A DNA stretch of 64,000 nt from Centroscyllium fabricii (lineage: Eukaryota), in assembly GCA_051313645.2 (NCBI GenBank), contig JBNRSN020000003.1, forward strand, positions 110,794,001 through 110,858,000, written 5' to 3'. The position numbers and the translations under genes were made by a program. Below the pieces are notes generated by a model. It had not been told where the DNA came from. It saw nothing but the letters and a program-made list of their open reading frames with translations, and made no database searches. Below are positions 49,439 to 61,500 of the stretch, piece after piece. Positions within the stretch are counted from its first letter, which is position 1, and the number at the start of each line of letters is the position of its first letter.

Positions 49439-49897
49439 CCCTAGGATGTAGATTAAGGAAGTGGCCCGAGATAGTAGATGCATTGCTGGTCATCTTCCAA
49501 AATTCTATAGGCTCTGGAACAGTACCCATGGATTGGAGGGTAGCTAAAGTTACCCCACTGTTCAAAAAACGTGGTAGAGAGTGTGGTAACCGTTATTCCA
49601 CTGTTATACCACTGTATCACCATGGCTAATGATGGGCTGTGCAGATGTTAGGCACAGCCCCATTTACTGTGACTCTGTTGGGAGCCAGGTCAGCCACACC
49701 CCCGACTCCTCCCCCAGGTGAGGCCCCGATATAGGTGTGGTCTGACCGAGGCTCCATCCATTCCTGTACAGTAGTTCATCTGGAGAGTAGCTCCGTTCTT
49801 TAGTAATTAAAAGCCTTCAGTTTCGGTAACTACTCGTCGACTCTTTTGATTGAAGACCTTGACGATACGTCAATTTTAATTACTAAATTATTTTTAA

Positions 49898-51196
49898 ATG
49901 GATAGCAGCAACGTTAAGCCTGACAAGCTGGACATCAGTCCCCAGGACCCTGCTGCTCCCGCTATCTTCGAACACTGGTTCGGCCTACTGGAAGCCGCCG
50001 AGGTTACAGCAGACAAGGACATGCTACATGTCCTGCGATCTAGGATCTCCAGCAGAGTATTCACCCTCGTCAGGAACGCCACAACCTACGAAAGGACTGT
50101 ACAAATTTTAAAGAAATGCTACGTGCGCCCGGTCCATTCGGTCTACGCCCGACATGTGCTGGCGACCAGACCTCAACTACCGGGTGAGTCAAATGAGGAG
50201 TTTGAGCAAGCGCTCCTGGCCCTGGTACGGGCCTGTGGCTGCAAAGGCACAACTATTGCAGAGGAGGAAGAACGCCTCGTTCGGGACGCTTATGTCACAG
50301 GACTGAGGTGTGTGGAAGCCCGCCAGCGGCTACTAGAGAGAGACAATTTATCCCTCGAGGAGGCAACCACGTTAGCCAAATCGGTAGAGGGGGCCCGCAG
50401 AAAGTTACAGGCGTACAGCGGCACTAACCCGCAAGCCTACAACATATGGGCCGCGCCACAACAGGCCCAGGCCTGGGCGCCACGGGCCGAGACCCCCACG
50501 ATGGCCGCGACGGCCACTGAAGACGTTAAAAGAAAGCGCTGTTACTTCTGCGGCCAAGGACTGCATCCTAGAGCGAAATGCCCAGCCAGGACAGCGACCT
50601 GCGAGAAATGTGCAAAGAAGGGACACTACGCTAAGGTCTGCAAATCAGCTCCAGCAGCGTCTCCAGCAGCGTCTCCAGCAGCGTTTAACAAAAGGTACAA
50701 CAGTGCAGCCTGTGAGAGCACCGACAGTGACCAGGTAAGCTGCATTAGCAGCGCGATCCAGCGACGGTACGGGGGTAAACAACAAGCGCCCCCATCCCCC
50801 ACCCTGATGCAGCAAAGGCCGGCCAAGCGCGACCCTCCAACGCGGCCGGCTGCGTGCGAATCACGGGCACCGCCAACCCGACCACCGCGGTTCACTGCGT
50901 GCGAATCACGGGCACCATTCCCTTCACACAGACACCATTCCCTTCACACGGACACCATTGCCTTCACACGGACACCATTCCCTTCACTCGGACACCATTC
51001 CCTTCACTCGGACACCATTCCCTTCACACGGACACCATTCCCTTCACACGGACACCATTCCCTTCACACGGACACCATTCCCTTCACACGGACACCATTC
51101 CCTTCACACGGACACCATTCCCTTCACACGGACACCATTCCCTTCACACGGACACCTTGCAAGAACTGCCCCTACCTCACAACCCCAAAGCCTTGA
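49898..51196 (+). CDS. gag: gag of Gypsy B (open), reading into the minisatellite
   Basis: RDAYVTGL, CYFCG...H....C and CEKCAKKGHYAKVC; C-terminal part is repeat-derived. Confidence 0.85.
   Translation: MDSSNVKPDKLDISPQDPAAPAIFEHWFGLLEAAEVTADKDMLHVLRSRISSRVFTLVRNATTYERTVQILKKCYVRPVHSVYARHVLATRPQLPGESNEEFEQALLALVRACGCKGTTIAEEEERLVRDAYVTGLRCVEARQRLLERDNLSLEEATTLAKSVEGARRKLQAYSGTNPQAYNIWAAPQQAQAWAPRAETPTMAATATEDVKRKRCYFCGQGLHPRAKCPARTATCEKCAKKGHYAKVCKSAPAASPAASPAAFNKRYNSAACESTDSDQVSCISSAIQRRYGGKQQAPPSPTLMQQRPAKRDPPTRPAACESRAPPTRPPRFTACESRAPFPSHRHHSLHTDTIAFTRTPFPSLGHHSLHSDTIPFTRTPFPSHGHHSLHTDTIPFTRTPFPSHGHHSLHTDTIPFTRTPCKNCPYLTTPKP
50911..51156. repeat. 20-bp minisatellite (gacaccattcccttcacacg) x12 plus partial unit
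   Basis: Head-to-tail copies, no spacers, few substitutions. Confidence 0.97.
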
Positions 51197-51319
51197 GGAG
51201 ATGTCTAGGATTTTTCTCCTATTATGCACAATGGGTCCCACAGTTCGCAGATAAGGCTAGGCCACTCCTCAAGGCTGCCGTCTTCCCCCTCTCTGTGGAA
51301 GCCCAAAGGGCATTCGCAA

Positions 51320-53715
51320 CCCATTGCCACTAAGAGTCGGCGGTACAGTGAGGGGGATCGCACGTTTATCAGGTCGGAGGTCGGGCGGATGCTGAAGGAG
51401 GGGATAATTAAAGCCAGCACCAGCCCCTGGCGTGCCCAAGTTGTAGTGGTGAAGTCTGGCGAAAAACAGCGGCTGGTTATCGATTACAGCCAGACTATCA
51501 ATCGCTGCACCGGGCTCGACGCCTACCCCCTTCCCCGCATCTCAGAAATGGTCAATCAGATCGCCCAGTACAAGGTGTTCTCCACGATCGACCTTAAATC
51601 GGCGTATCATCAATTCCCGATCTGGAAAGCCGACCGCCCCTACACCGCCTTCGAGGCGAACGGTCGGCTCTACCACTTCCTCCGGGTCCCCTTTGGCGTG
51701 ACCAACGGAGTGTCAGTGTTCCAACGGGAGATGGACCGTATGGTTGACCAAAACGACTTGCAGGCCACCTTCCCTTACCTGGACAACGTGACCATCTGCG
51801 GCCACGACCAGCAGGACCACGATGCCAATCTGGCCAAATTCCTCGACACGGTGGCTAAGCTGGACCTCACGTATAACAAAGACAAATGTGTCTTTAATAC
51901 AGCCCGGCTCGCCATCCTCGGATACGTGGTGGAGAACGGGCTCCTCGGCCCCGACCCACAGCGTATACGACCCTTGCAAGAACTGCCCCTACCTCACAAC
52001 CCCAAAGCCTTGAGGAGATGTCTAGGATTTTTCTCCTATTTTGCACAATGGGTCCCACAGTTCGCAGATAAGGCTAGGCCACTCCTCAAGGCTGCCGTCT
52101 TCCCCCTCTCTGTGGAAGCCCAAAGGGCATTCGCAAGGATAAAGGAAGATATTATCAAGGCGACCATGCTCGCTGTTGATGAATCCATCCCTTTCCAGGT
52201 GGAGTGACGCTTCGGACTTCGCCCTTGCTGCCACCCTGAATCAGGCAGGCAGGCCCGTAGCGTTTTTCTCCCGCACCTTACAGGGACCCGAAACTCGCCA
52301 CTCCGCAGTGGAAAAGGAGGCCCAGGCCATCGTGGAGGCCGTGCGCTACTGGCGTCATTACCTGGCCGGTAAGCGTTTTACCCTGCTCACCGACCAACGG
52401 TCGGTAGCGTTTATGTTTAATAATAAACAACAGGGTAAAATCAAGAATGATAAGATCCTGCGGTGGCGGATCGAACTCTCGACTTACGAGTACGACATTC
52501 TTTACCGACCAGGCAAACTCAACGAACCCCCGGACGCTCTGTCCAGGGGACCGTGCGCCAGTGCCCAGCTAGACCGGCTGAAGGACCTCCACGACCGCCT
52601 TTGCCACCCGGGTGTCACCAGACTCGCCCATTTCGTCAAATCCCGTAGCCTCCCCTACTCCATCACGGAGATCAAGGCTATGACCCGAGAGTGCCCTGTC
52701 TGCGCCGAGTGCAAACCCCACTTTTTCCGTCCAGACACGACGTACCTCATCAAGACCACCCGCCCCTTTGAACGTCTCAGCGTGGACTTCAAAGGCCCCC
52801 TCCCTTCCACCGACCGCAACTCATACTTCCTCACGGTAGTGGATGAGTTCTCCCGCTTCCCCTTCGCCTTCCCCTGCCCAGACATGACGAGCGCAACGGT
52901 GATCAAACACTTCACCGCGCTGTTCGCCATTTTCGGTCTCCCCAGCTACATCCATAGCGACCGGGGGTCATCGTTCATGAGCGATGAACTGCGCCAGTTC
53001 CTGCTCCAGAGAGGGGTTGCCACGAGCAGAACGACCAGTTACAACCCCCGGGGGAACGGCCAGGTAGAAAGGGATCATCTGGAGGGTGGTCACCCTGGCC
53101 CTTAAGTCCAGAGGCCTTCCAGTGTCCCATTGGCAGGCAATCCTCCCAGATGCGCTGCACTCTATTCGCTCACTGTTATGTACCGCGACTAACGCCACCC
53201 CGCACGATCTGATTTTTTCTTTTAACAGGAGGTCGACTTCGGGGACAGCTCTCCCTCCATGGCTGACGACGCCGGGGCCGGTTCTGCTTAAAAGGCATGT
53301 CCGGAGCCACAAGATGGACCCCCTGGTGGACAAGGTACAGCTCCTACACGCGAACCCGCACTACGCCTTCGTGCAGTTCCCTGACGGGCGTGAGGACACC
53401 GTGTCCATCAGGGACCTGGCCCCTGCCGGAATCACCACCACAGCGCCCCCTGCTGGCCAGCAGGTCGACCAACCACCAGATGCAGGATGGCCCCTGAGTT
53501 TCCCTGACTACGAACCGGACGGCGGGGACCAGCCGAGCCCACCGCGACCTGAAGCCACAGCGCCGGCAGATGCGGACCATTTGACACAAGAGGCACCGCC
53601 TCCAACACCGGAGCGCCGGCGGTCCTCCAGGCAGACACGACCGCCGGACAGACTAATTATTAACTGTTCGATCCATTCACCCCCCCCGGACTCAAAGTTT
53701 TTAAGAAGGGGTGAA
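51320..53715 (+). pseudogene. pol of Gypsy B (RT, RNase H, integrase); protease absent; frameshifts near 52200 and 53075
   Basis: ORFs 51224-52207, 52176-53105 and 53086-53763 with YLDN, SDAS, HHCC, HSDRG and NGQVER. Confidence 0.93.
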
Positions 53716-54967
53716 TGTGGTAACCGTTATTCCACTGTTATACCACTGTATCACCATGGCTAATGATGGGCTGTGCAGATGTTAGGCACAGCCCCGTTTA
53801 CTGTGACTCTATTGGGAGCCAGGTCAGCCACACCCCCGACTCCTCCCCCAGGTGAGGCCCCGATATAGGTGTGGTCTGACCGAGTCTCCATCCATTCCTG
53901 TACAGTAGTTCATCTGGAGAGTAGCTCCGTTCTTTAGTAATCAAAAGCCTTTAGTTTCGGTAACTACGCGTCGACTCTTCTAATTGAAGACCTTGACGAT
54001 ACGTCAGAGAGAAAACGGGGAATAAAAAGCCTGACATCGGTAGTGGGGAAAATGCGAGAGTCCATTATAAAAGATGCAATAGCTGAGCACTTGGGAAACA
54101 GTGACAGGATCGGACAAAGTCAACATGGATTTACAAAAGGTAAATCATGCTTGACTAACCTACTGGAATTTTGAGAGGATGTAACTGGCAGAATAGATAA
54201 TGGAGAATGTGGTGCATTTTGACTTTCAGAAGGCTTTCAATAAGGTCCTGCATACGAGATTAACATGTAAAGTTAAGGCACATTGGATTGGGGGCAAGGT
54301 ACTTTCTTGGATAGAGAACTGGTTGGCAGACAGGAAGCAAAGAGTTGGAATAAACAGGTCTTTTTCCGAGTGGCAGGGAGTGACTCGTGGGGTACCACAG
54401 GGACCGGTGCAAGGACCCCAGTTATTCACTATATATTAATGATCTAGATGAGGGAACTAGATGTAATATCTCCAAGTTTGCAGACGACATAAAGCTGGGT
54501 GGGCATGCATGCTGTGAGGACGATGCAGAGAAACTCCAGTATGATTTGGACAGGTTGGGTGATTGGGCAGATGCAGTATAATGTGGATAATGGTGAGGTT
54601 ATCCACTTTGGTGGCAAAAACAGGAAGGCAGATTATTATTTGAACAACAACAGATTGGGAGAAGTGGAAGTGCAATGAGACCTGGGTGTAGTTGTGCACC
54701 AGTGGATGAAGGCAGGCAGTTAAGGCGGCAAATGGTATGTTGGTCTTCGTAGCGAGAGGGTTCGAGTACAGGAACAAGGATGTCTTGCTGCAGTTGTATA
54801 GGGCCTGGTGAGACCACATCTTGAGTATTGTATGCAGTTTTGGTCACCTTATCTGAGGCAGGATGTTTATGCCATGGAAGGAGTGCAGCGAAGATTCACC
54901 AGACTGATATCTGGGATGGCAGGAATGACGTATGAGGAGAGATTGGGTCGATTGGGCTTATACTCGC

Positions 54968-55210
54968 TGTGCTAAACCACTGTTGTTGTACTGATGTTCA
55001 CTCTTGCCCGGTATGTACCTTGTCTGTACATGTCTCTGCTGACTCCGCCTCTGGCTCCACCCTCAGGACCAGGTGTAAAGGTGACTGCTTCCCAGCCCCC
55101 TGCATTCAGGACCAGGCGATCAGTAGAGGCAGGCTCAAGATCTTTAGTAAATAAAAGCCTGTTAGTTACTTTCTTAACTGCAGTCTTTTAGTAGTGATTG
55201 ATTGCGCATC
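54968..55210 (+). mobile_element. Solo LTR, probably the same broad PBS-less lineage
   Basis: Starts tgtg, ends gcgcatc (terminal a missing), TSD ctcgc inside CR1, carries aataaaagcc. Confidence 0.82.
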
Positions 55211-55594
55211 CTCGCTGGAGTAATGAGAGGATCTCATTGAAACTTATAAAATTCTAACAGGACTAGACAGACTAGATGCAGGAAGGATGTTCCCGATGGC
55301 CAGGGAGTCCAGAACCAAAGGTCACTTTCTAAGGAGAAGGGGCATTTAGGACAGAGATGAGGAGGAATTTCTTCACCCAGAAAGTGGTGAACCTGTGGAA
55401 TTCTCTACCACAGAAGGCAGTTGAGGCCAATTCATTAAATATATTCAAGAAGGAGTTGGATATATTTCTGAAGGTTAAAGGGATATGGGGAAAAGGCAGG
55501 GGCAGGGTACAGAGATTGGATGATCAGCCATGATCTTATTGAATGGTGGAGCAGGCTTGAGGGACCAAATGGCCTACTCCTGCACCTATCCTCT

Positions 55595-58500
55595 ATGCTT
55601 TTATCTAGCCCTGCAGGTTTATTTCCCTCAAGTGCCGATCCAGTCTCCCCTTGTAAACACAATTGTTAAGCCCGCACTATTGAGGATTAATAACGACAGA
55701 CTCAGTTGTTCAGGTACGAACTAAAGGTGATGTTTACTCAACATGGTACAGTCTGGAACTGACCCGTATCACTCCACGCTTAGACTTATATACAGTAGTG
55801 GCAGACCGCAGTACTGCAGTGTCCTGCCATGGTACAAAGTAGTGCGCAATGATAACCTTGTATTAACAACGTTACATAAACCACATTGCTCCCCACTTAA
55901 TTAGCCTTTACGGTACAACAGTCAGTAAAGGGGGAGGACCAACAATGATATATATACAGATGTCATATGTACAGTTGCAGATTCAGTTTCTGTGGAGGTC
56001 GGCAGTCTCTCGTTGGGTATCGTCTTGCGATGGCCGATGATGAGGTAGTCTTTGTTGACTCGTCATCTGTTTCGACCTCCGGAGAGCCTTCGTCAGGCGC
56101 TTCTTCGTCTGAATTGTTGTCATGGGGGATTGTCCTTTTTGTTGTTGTCTTTGATTTGGGCGAATCAGCACTGGCCACAGTGTCCCTTACAATTTGGTCA
56201 GCGTGTCTTCTGATTTGCCCCTCAGATGTATCTACTGTGTATGATAATGGCCCTTGCCGATGGCTGATTGTTCCAGCCTGCCACTTATGCCTATAGTCTC
56301 TTACTACCACATCCTGACCTACATCAAAGTTTCTGGTTGCACGGGCCGAAGCCTTTCAGTACATTTGGTTTTCTACGTCTCAACGAATGTTGGGTTGCAA
56401 CAGGTCCAGACGATTCCGCAATCTCCTATTAAAGAACAACACTGCCGGAGACTGGCTAGTGGTTGTGTGTACCACATTTCTATAAGCAAAGAGGAAGTTG
56501 TCTATTGTATGTTCTAATTCCAACTTTCCTCCCCCCATGGCTTTTTTGGCCTTTTTGAAGGTCTGCACAAACCTTTCTGCCAGTCCATTTGTGGCTGGGT
56601 GGTATGGTGCCGACTTGTAATGTCGGATCCCGTTTCTTTTTAGAAACGCACTAAACTCCTGAGAGACGAACTGAGGTCAGTTGTCAGAACAGATCTGTTC
56701 CGGTATACCATTTCTGGCAAAAATGGTTCCGAGGACTGAGATTGTCCTCTCAGCTGTGGTGGAGGATATTCTTATCACCTCGGGCCACTTGGAATGGGCG
56801 TCAACGACGATGAGGAACATAGTGTTCATAAAAGGCCCGGCAATATCGATATGAATTCTTTGCCATGGAGACGATGGCCACTCCCATGGGTGTAAGGGTG
56901 CTTGGGGCGGTGCGTTTTGGACCATTTTGCACCTGGTGCATTCACTAGCCAGTGTCTCAATATCTTTGTCAATCCTGGGCCACCATACGTATGGCCTAGC
57001 TAAGGATTTCATTTTAACCCCGCCCAGATGTCCCTCGTGTAGGTCTATCAGAATTTGTTTCCGTAATTTTTCTGGGATTACCACCCGACCTCCGCACATT
57101 AACGTGCCCCAGCAGACCGACAACTGGTCCTTCCTGTTGGCGTAATCAGGCCATAGGTTGGAGGTCCTCTCTGGACCATCCTCGTACTACGACATTAAAA
57201 TTTTTTGACAAACAGGGGTCATTTCTTGTTTCCCTCTCTATCTGTTTGCTAGTGACCGGTAACTGCTCCACTATTGCCGTATGGTACAATTCCAGGGGAT
57301 CTTGTTGTCCCCCCTCCACCATTTCTGGTAGGGGCAATCGTGACAATCCGTCCGCATTACCAGGCCTCTTCGTGACTTTATGTTCAATGGTATATTTGTG
57401 CGTACCCAAGAACAGTGCCCATCTTTGTAGCCTTTGTGCAGTCATCTGGGGTTCCCTTTTTTCTGGGTGGAAAATAGAGACCAATGGTTGGTGGTCGGTT
57501 ATCAGTGTAAACTGTTGGCCGTGTAAGTAATGGTGAAATGTTTTCACCCCCCACACCAGGCTGAGTGCTTCATGGTTTATTTGAGTGTAGTTTTTTTCTG
57601 CCGTGGTGAGGGACTTAGAGGCTATTGCTATTGGTCTTTCGGACCCATCTGGGCATTTGTGGGACAACACAGCACCAATGTCGTAAGGGGAAGCGTCACA
57701 CACTAACTTTATGGGCAGGCTGGGGTTAAAATGCATCAAGACCTCCTTATAGGTGATCATTTGTTTGCTTTTTAAGAAAGCTGTCTCACATGCTTTCTCC
57801 CACTTCCAGGGTATCCCTGCCTGTAGCAGTGTATTTAGCGGGTACAAAACCGTTGATAGGTTGGGCAAAAACAACTTGTGATAATAGTTAATCAGCCCCA
57901 GAAATAACCTTAACTGCGTGACATTTTCTGGCCTTGGGGCGTTTACTACCGCCGCTATCTTGTCAGGCGATTTGTGTAACCCTTCGCTATCAATTTCATG
58001 GCCACAATAAGAAATGTGATTTTAAAAATCTCACATTTTTGCTTATTGGGCCTGAGCCCACACTCAGTCTTTCCAGGACTGTTTCCAAGTTAGACAAATG
58101 TTCCCCATCCGTTCTGCCCATCACTAAGATGTCATCCAGGTAGCATTGTGTCCCTGGAATACCCTGCAGTACCTGGTCCATGGTCCTCTGCCATATGGCC
58201 GGCGCTGATGCGATGCCAAAAACCATTTGGTTATATTGGTACAGCCCTTTGTGCGTATTGATGGTCAGCAGCTTCCTAGAATCCTGCTCCACCTCCATCT
58301 GCAGATACGCTTTGAGAGGTCTATCTTGCTGAACCGTTTCCCCCCTGCTAAGGAAGCAAAGATATCCTCAATTCTGGGCAATGGATACTGTACAATTTTT
58401 AACACCGGATTAATGGTCATTTTAAAGTCCCCGCAAATGCGTACCTTTGTCTTCTCCCCGTTCATGTTTTGTGTTTTTTTATGACTGGAATGATGGGTGT

Positions 58501-61500
58501 GGTCCATTCGTTCCATTCCACCTTGGACAGAACTCCTTCTGCTTCCAAATTTTTGAGTTCTGCCTCCACTGCTGGTCTAATGGCATAGGGTACTGGACGT
58601 GCCTTGGCAAAAATTGGGGTTGCCCCATGCATGATCATTACCCTTGCATTAATGCCTTTTAACTTCCCCAGGCCGGGTTGGAAAACGTCTGGGTTCTTTT
58701 TCAGTATTCTGTCGAGTCTTCTGGTGACCGATAGGTCCTCATCAGTCTTGTGTGAGGCCTTGACATTATGTATTGTGCCCCAGTCGAGGTTGATCCGTCG
58801 GATCCACTCCCTCCCAAAGAGTGGTGCTCCACCATCTTTTAAAACGTAGAGGTACAGACCCTTTGTCTGTTTACCTTGATATCTGACTGTGACGGGCAAC
58901 TTCCTCAATGTCTTAAATTTCTGTCCTGTGTAGGTCTTTAATATTACCGGGGACTATTCTAGGGGTGTCCCACTGAATGTTTTCCTATAGAATGTTTCAT
59001 TAGAGCAGATCCTGTGTGTAGCTCCATAGATATCTCTGCCCCTGCTACTTTTAGGGGTATCCATATTACACTCCGGGCAGTGTGGTCACCCATATTGTGG
59101 ACCTTTAAGCTTCCCAGCCCCCACTGGTCTGTGCCCTGGTCTTCTGATTCGCTTCCCGAATCCTCTTCGGCCATTCTATTTACCTTTCTGGGTTTGGGCC
59201 ATCTGTGTTTGTCTCTGTGTTGGCCTCGCTTGTTTCTCTGACCTACAAGCCGCCACTATGTGGCCTATCTTGCCACATTATCTACAAACTTTGTCCTTAG
59301 CTCAGCACCGATTCTGGTTGTGTGTGGACTTGCCACAGCGGTAGCACTTTTTTGCGTGTCAAGGTTTCATGGGTCTCGAGGGAACCCCCACAGTTTCTAA
59401 TCGCAGCTGCCCCTGCTGCAGCTGCCTCGTGGGCTGCGGCTGTCTCCAGGGCCTGCTCTAAAGTGAGCGTCTTTTAGGTCAATCATTTTTTTTGTGTGAT
59501 ATCATCCCTTATACCACATACAAATCTGTCTCTTAGGTGATTGGACAGTTCCTCCCCAAAGGCACAGTGCTTCAACAACCGTCTGAGTGCAGTAATGTAC
59601 TCAGCCTGTGACTCCCCCTTTTGCTGGTCCCTTTTAAAAAATTTGAATCGTTCCGCTATAAAAGGGGGGTTTGGGTTCAGGTTTTCTTTTAAATTATCCT
59701 TTATCTGTTGTAACGTTTTAGTCGCTGGTCTATCTGGAGACACTAGTGTTCTGAGCAACCCGTATGTTTCAGGTCCCAGGGCATTTAAGAATGTATTTAG
59801 TTTGTTCTCATTTGTGACTGCTTGTACATTACAATAAATAATCGAAGCATTCTAAATACACCTCCCAGTCTTCTTTATCTGGCTGGAAAACCCCAAACCC
59901 GTTCAGTCTGGCCATGTTTATTTTATTTTATTGTGGTCAAGATGGCGTCTCCTCCCGCCTCCCCATGTCTCTTCCGGCGTTTCCCCACCAAAAGATGGTG
60001 TTGGTCCCGCCTTCCCACTTCTTTTCAGGTTTCTTCCCACGCCAAGATGGTGTTTTTCCCGCCTTTGCGCTTCTCTTCCGGCGCTTAGTCCCGCCTTTGC
60101 GCATCTCTTCCGGTGTCTTCCCACCTGTACGCGTCTCTTCCTGTGCTTTTCCCGCTCAAAGATGGCATCTCCCCGCCTCTGCGCGTCTCTCCCCCGCTGG
60201 GCCTCTGATTTCTCCCACGGCTACAGTAAGGATTGCGCTCTACCTGCAAGCTGGTGCGTTCTCCTGGTCGGAGGACCACCCTAGGTCCTCGACAACCACT
60301 CCTGGTGACTGGCTTCATCGCCCAGGATCCTCCTGTTCGACCCCGATGTGCGACTTTGTTTGCCGTTGTTCTGGCCCCACCTCGAGCCGATGTCCGATGC
60401 TTCTGGTGGCTGGGTCCTGCTTCGCGGCCTTCCTGCCGCTGCTGAGCTGGGCACCCGATTCTGATGGCTCCTGCTGCCGATTGCTGCTGCTGCTGATTCT
60501 GCTGGTTCCTGCTGCCAATTTCGGCTGGCTTCTGCTGCCGAATTCTGCTGGCTGCTGCTGCCGATTCCTATTGGCTGGAGCGAAAATGCCTCACCACTCC
60601 CAGTGTTGGAGTGCAGGCCGACTGAGTTCCCTCTGTCGAATCGCTGCCGCTCCCTTTTCTGGAGTGCAGGGTGTGCCTTAGTGGTCGATGGTTGACTTCA
60701 GTTAAAAATGAATCTTTTCATTTCCCGACGTAGCCGATTACACAGCTAGGAGTTCGACCGACCTCGTCGCCATTGTTAAGCCCGCGCTATTGAGGATTAA
60801 CAACAGACTCAGTATTACAGGTACGAACTAAAGGTGATGGTTTTTTTGCTCAACATGGTACAGTCTGGAACTGACCCGTATCGCTCCACGCTTAGACTTG
60901 TATACAGTAGTGGCAGACCGCAGTACTGCAGTGTCCTGCCACGGTACAAAGTAGTGCGCAATGATAACCTTGTATTAACAATGTCTCTGCTTCCACCACT
61001 TCCGTCGGCAGCGAGTTCCAGGTCCTCACCACTCGCTGTGCAAAAATGTTTATCCTCACATTCCCCCCTTGCCCAAAATCTTAAATGTGTGTCCCCTGGT
61101 CCTTTTACCATCAACTACTGGGAACAGCCTTTCCCCGTCGAGCCTATCCAAACCAGTCACAATCTTGTACATCTCTATCAAATCACCCCTCTACCTCCTT
61201 TGCTCTAATGAAAACAAATCCAGCTTCTCCAACCTGCCCTTCTAGCCAAGATCCCCCATCCCTGGAACAATTCTGGTAAATCTCCTCTGCACCCTCTCAA
61301 GTGCCTTCACATCCTTCCTAAAGTGTGACGACCAGAACTGGACACAATACTCCAGTTGTGGCCTAACCAGCGCTTTATAAAGGTTCAGCATAACTTCTCT
61401 ACTTTTGTACTCAATACCTCTATTTATGAAGCCCAAGGTCCCATATGCTTTGCAAACCACTCAATATATCTTGCCACCTTCAGGGTACCTATGCACATCA

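Larger units (their letters stand above)
49582..54006 (+). mobile_element. Ty3/Gypsy LTR retrotransposon B (PBS-less, YLDN lineage)
   Basis: 291-bp LTRs 49582-49872 and 53716-54006 (about 8 mismatches), TSD gagag, PPT aagaaggggtgaa, no TGG-type PBS. Confidence 0.97.
48420..55590 (+). mobile_element. CR1-B interrupted by a hAT MITE, Gypsy B and a solo LTR
   Basis: Pieces 48420-48830, 49439-49581, 54007-54967 and 55211-55590 are collinear ORF2 and 3' UTR. Confidence 0.88.

Noticed and set aside
50911-51156. Regular 20-bp repeat as a CRISPR array
   Set aside because: No spacers, no cas genes, eukaryotic context; it is a tandem minisatellite.
59914-60681. 255-aa low-complexity ORF
   Set aside because: Antisense to the GC-rich repetitive leader of Gypsy F; explained by base composition.
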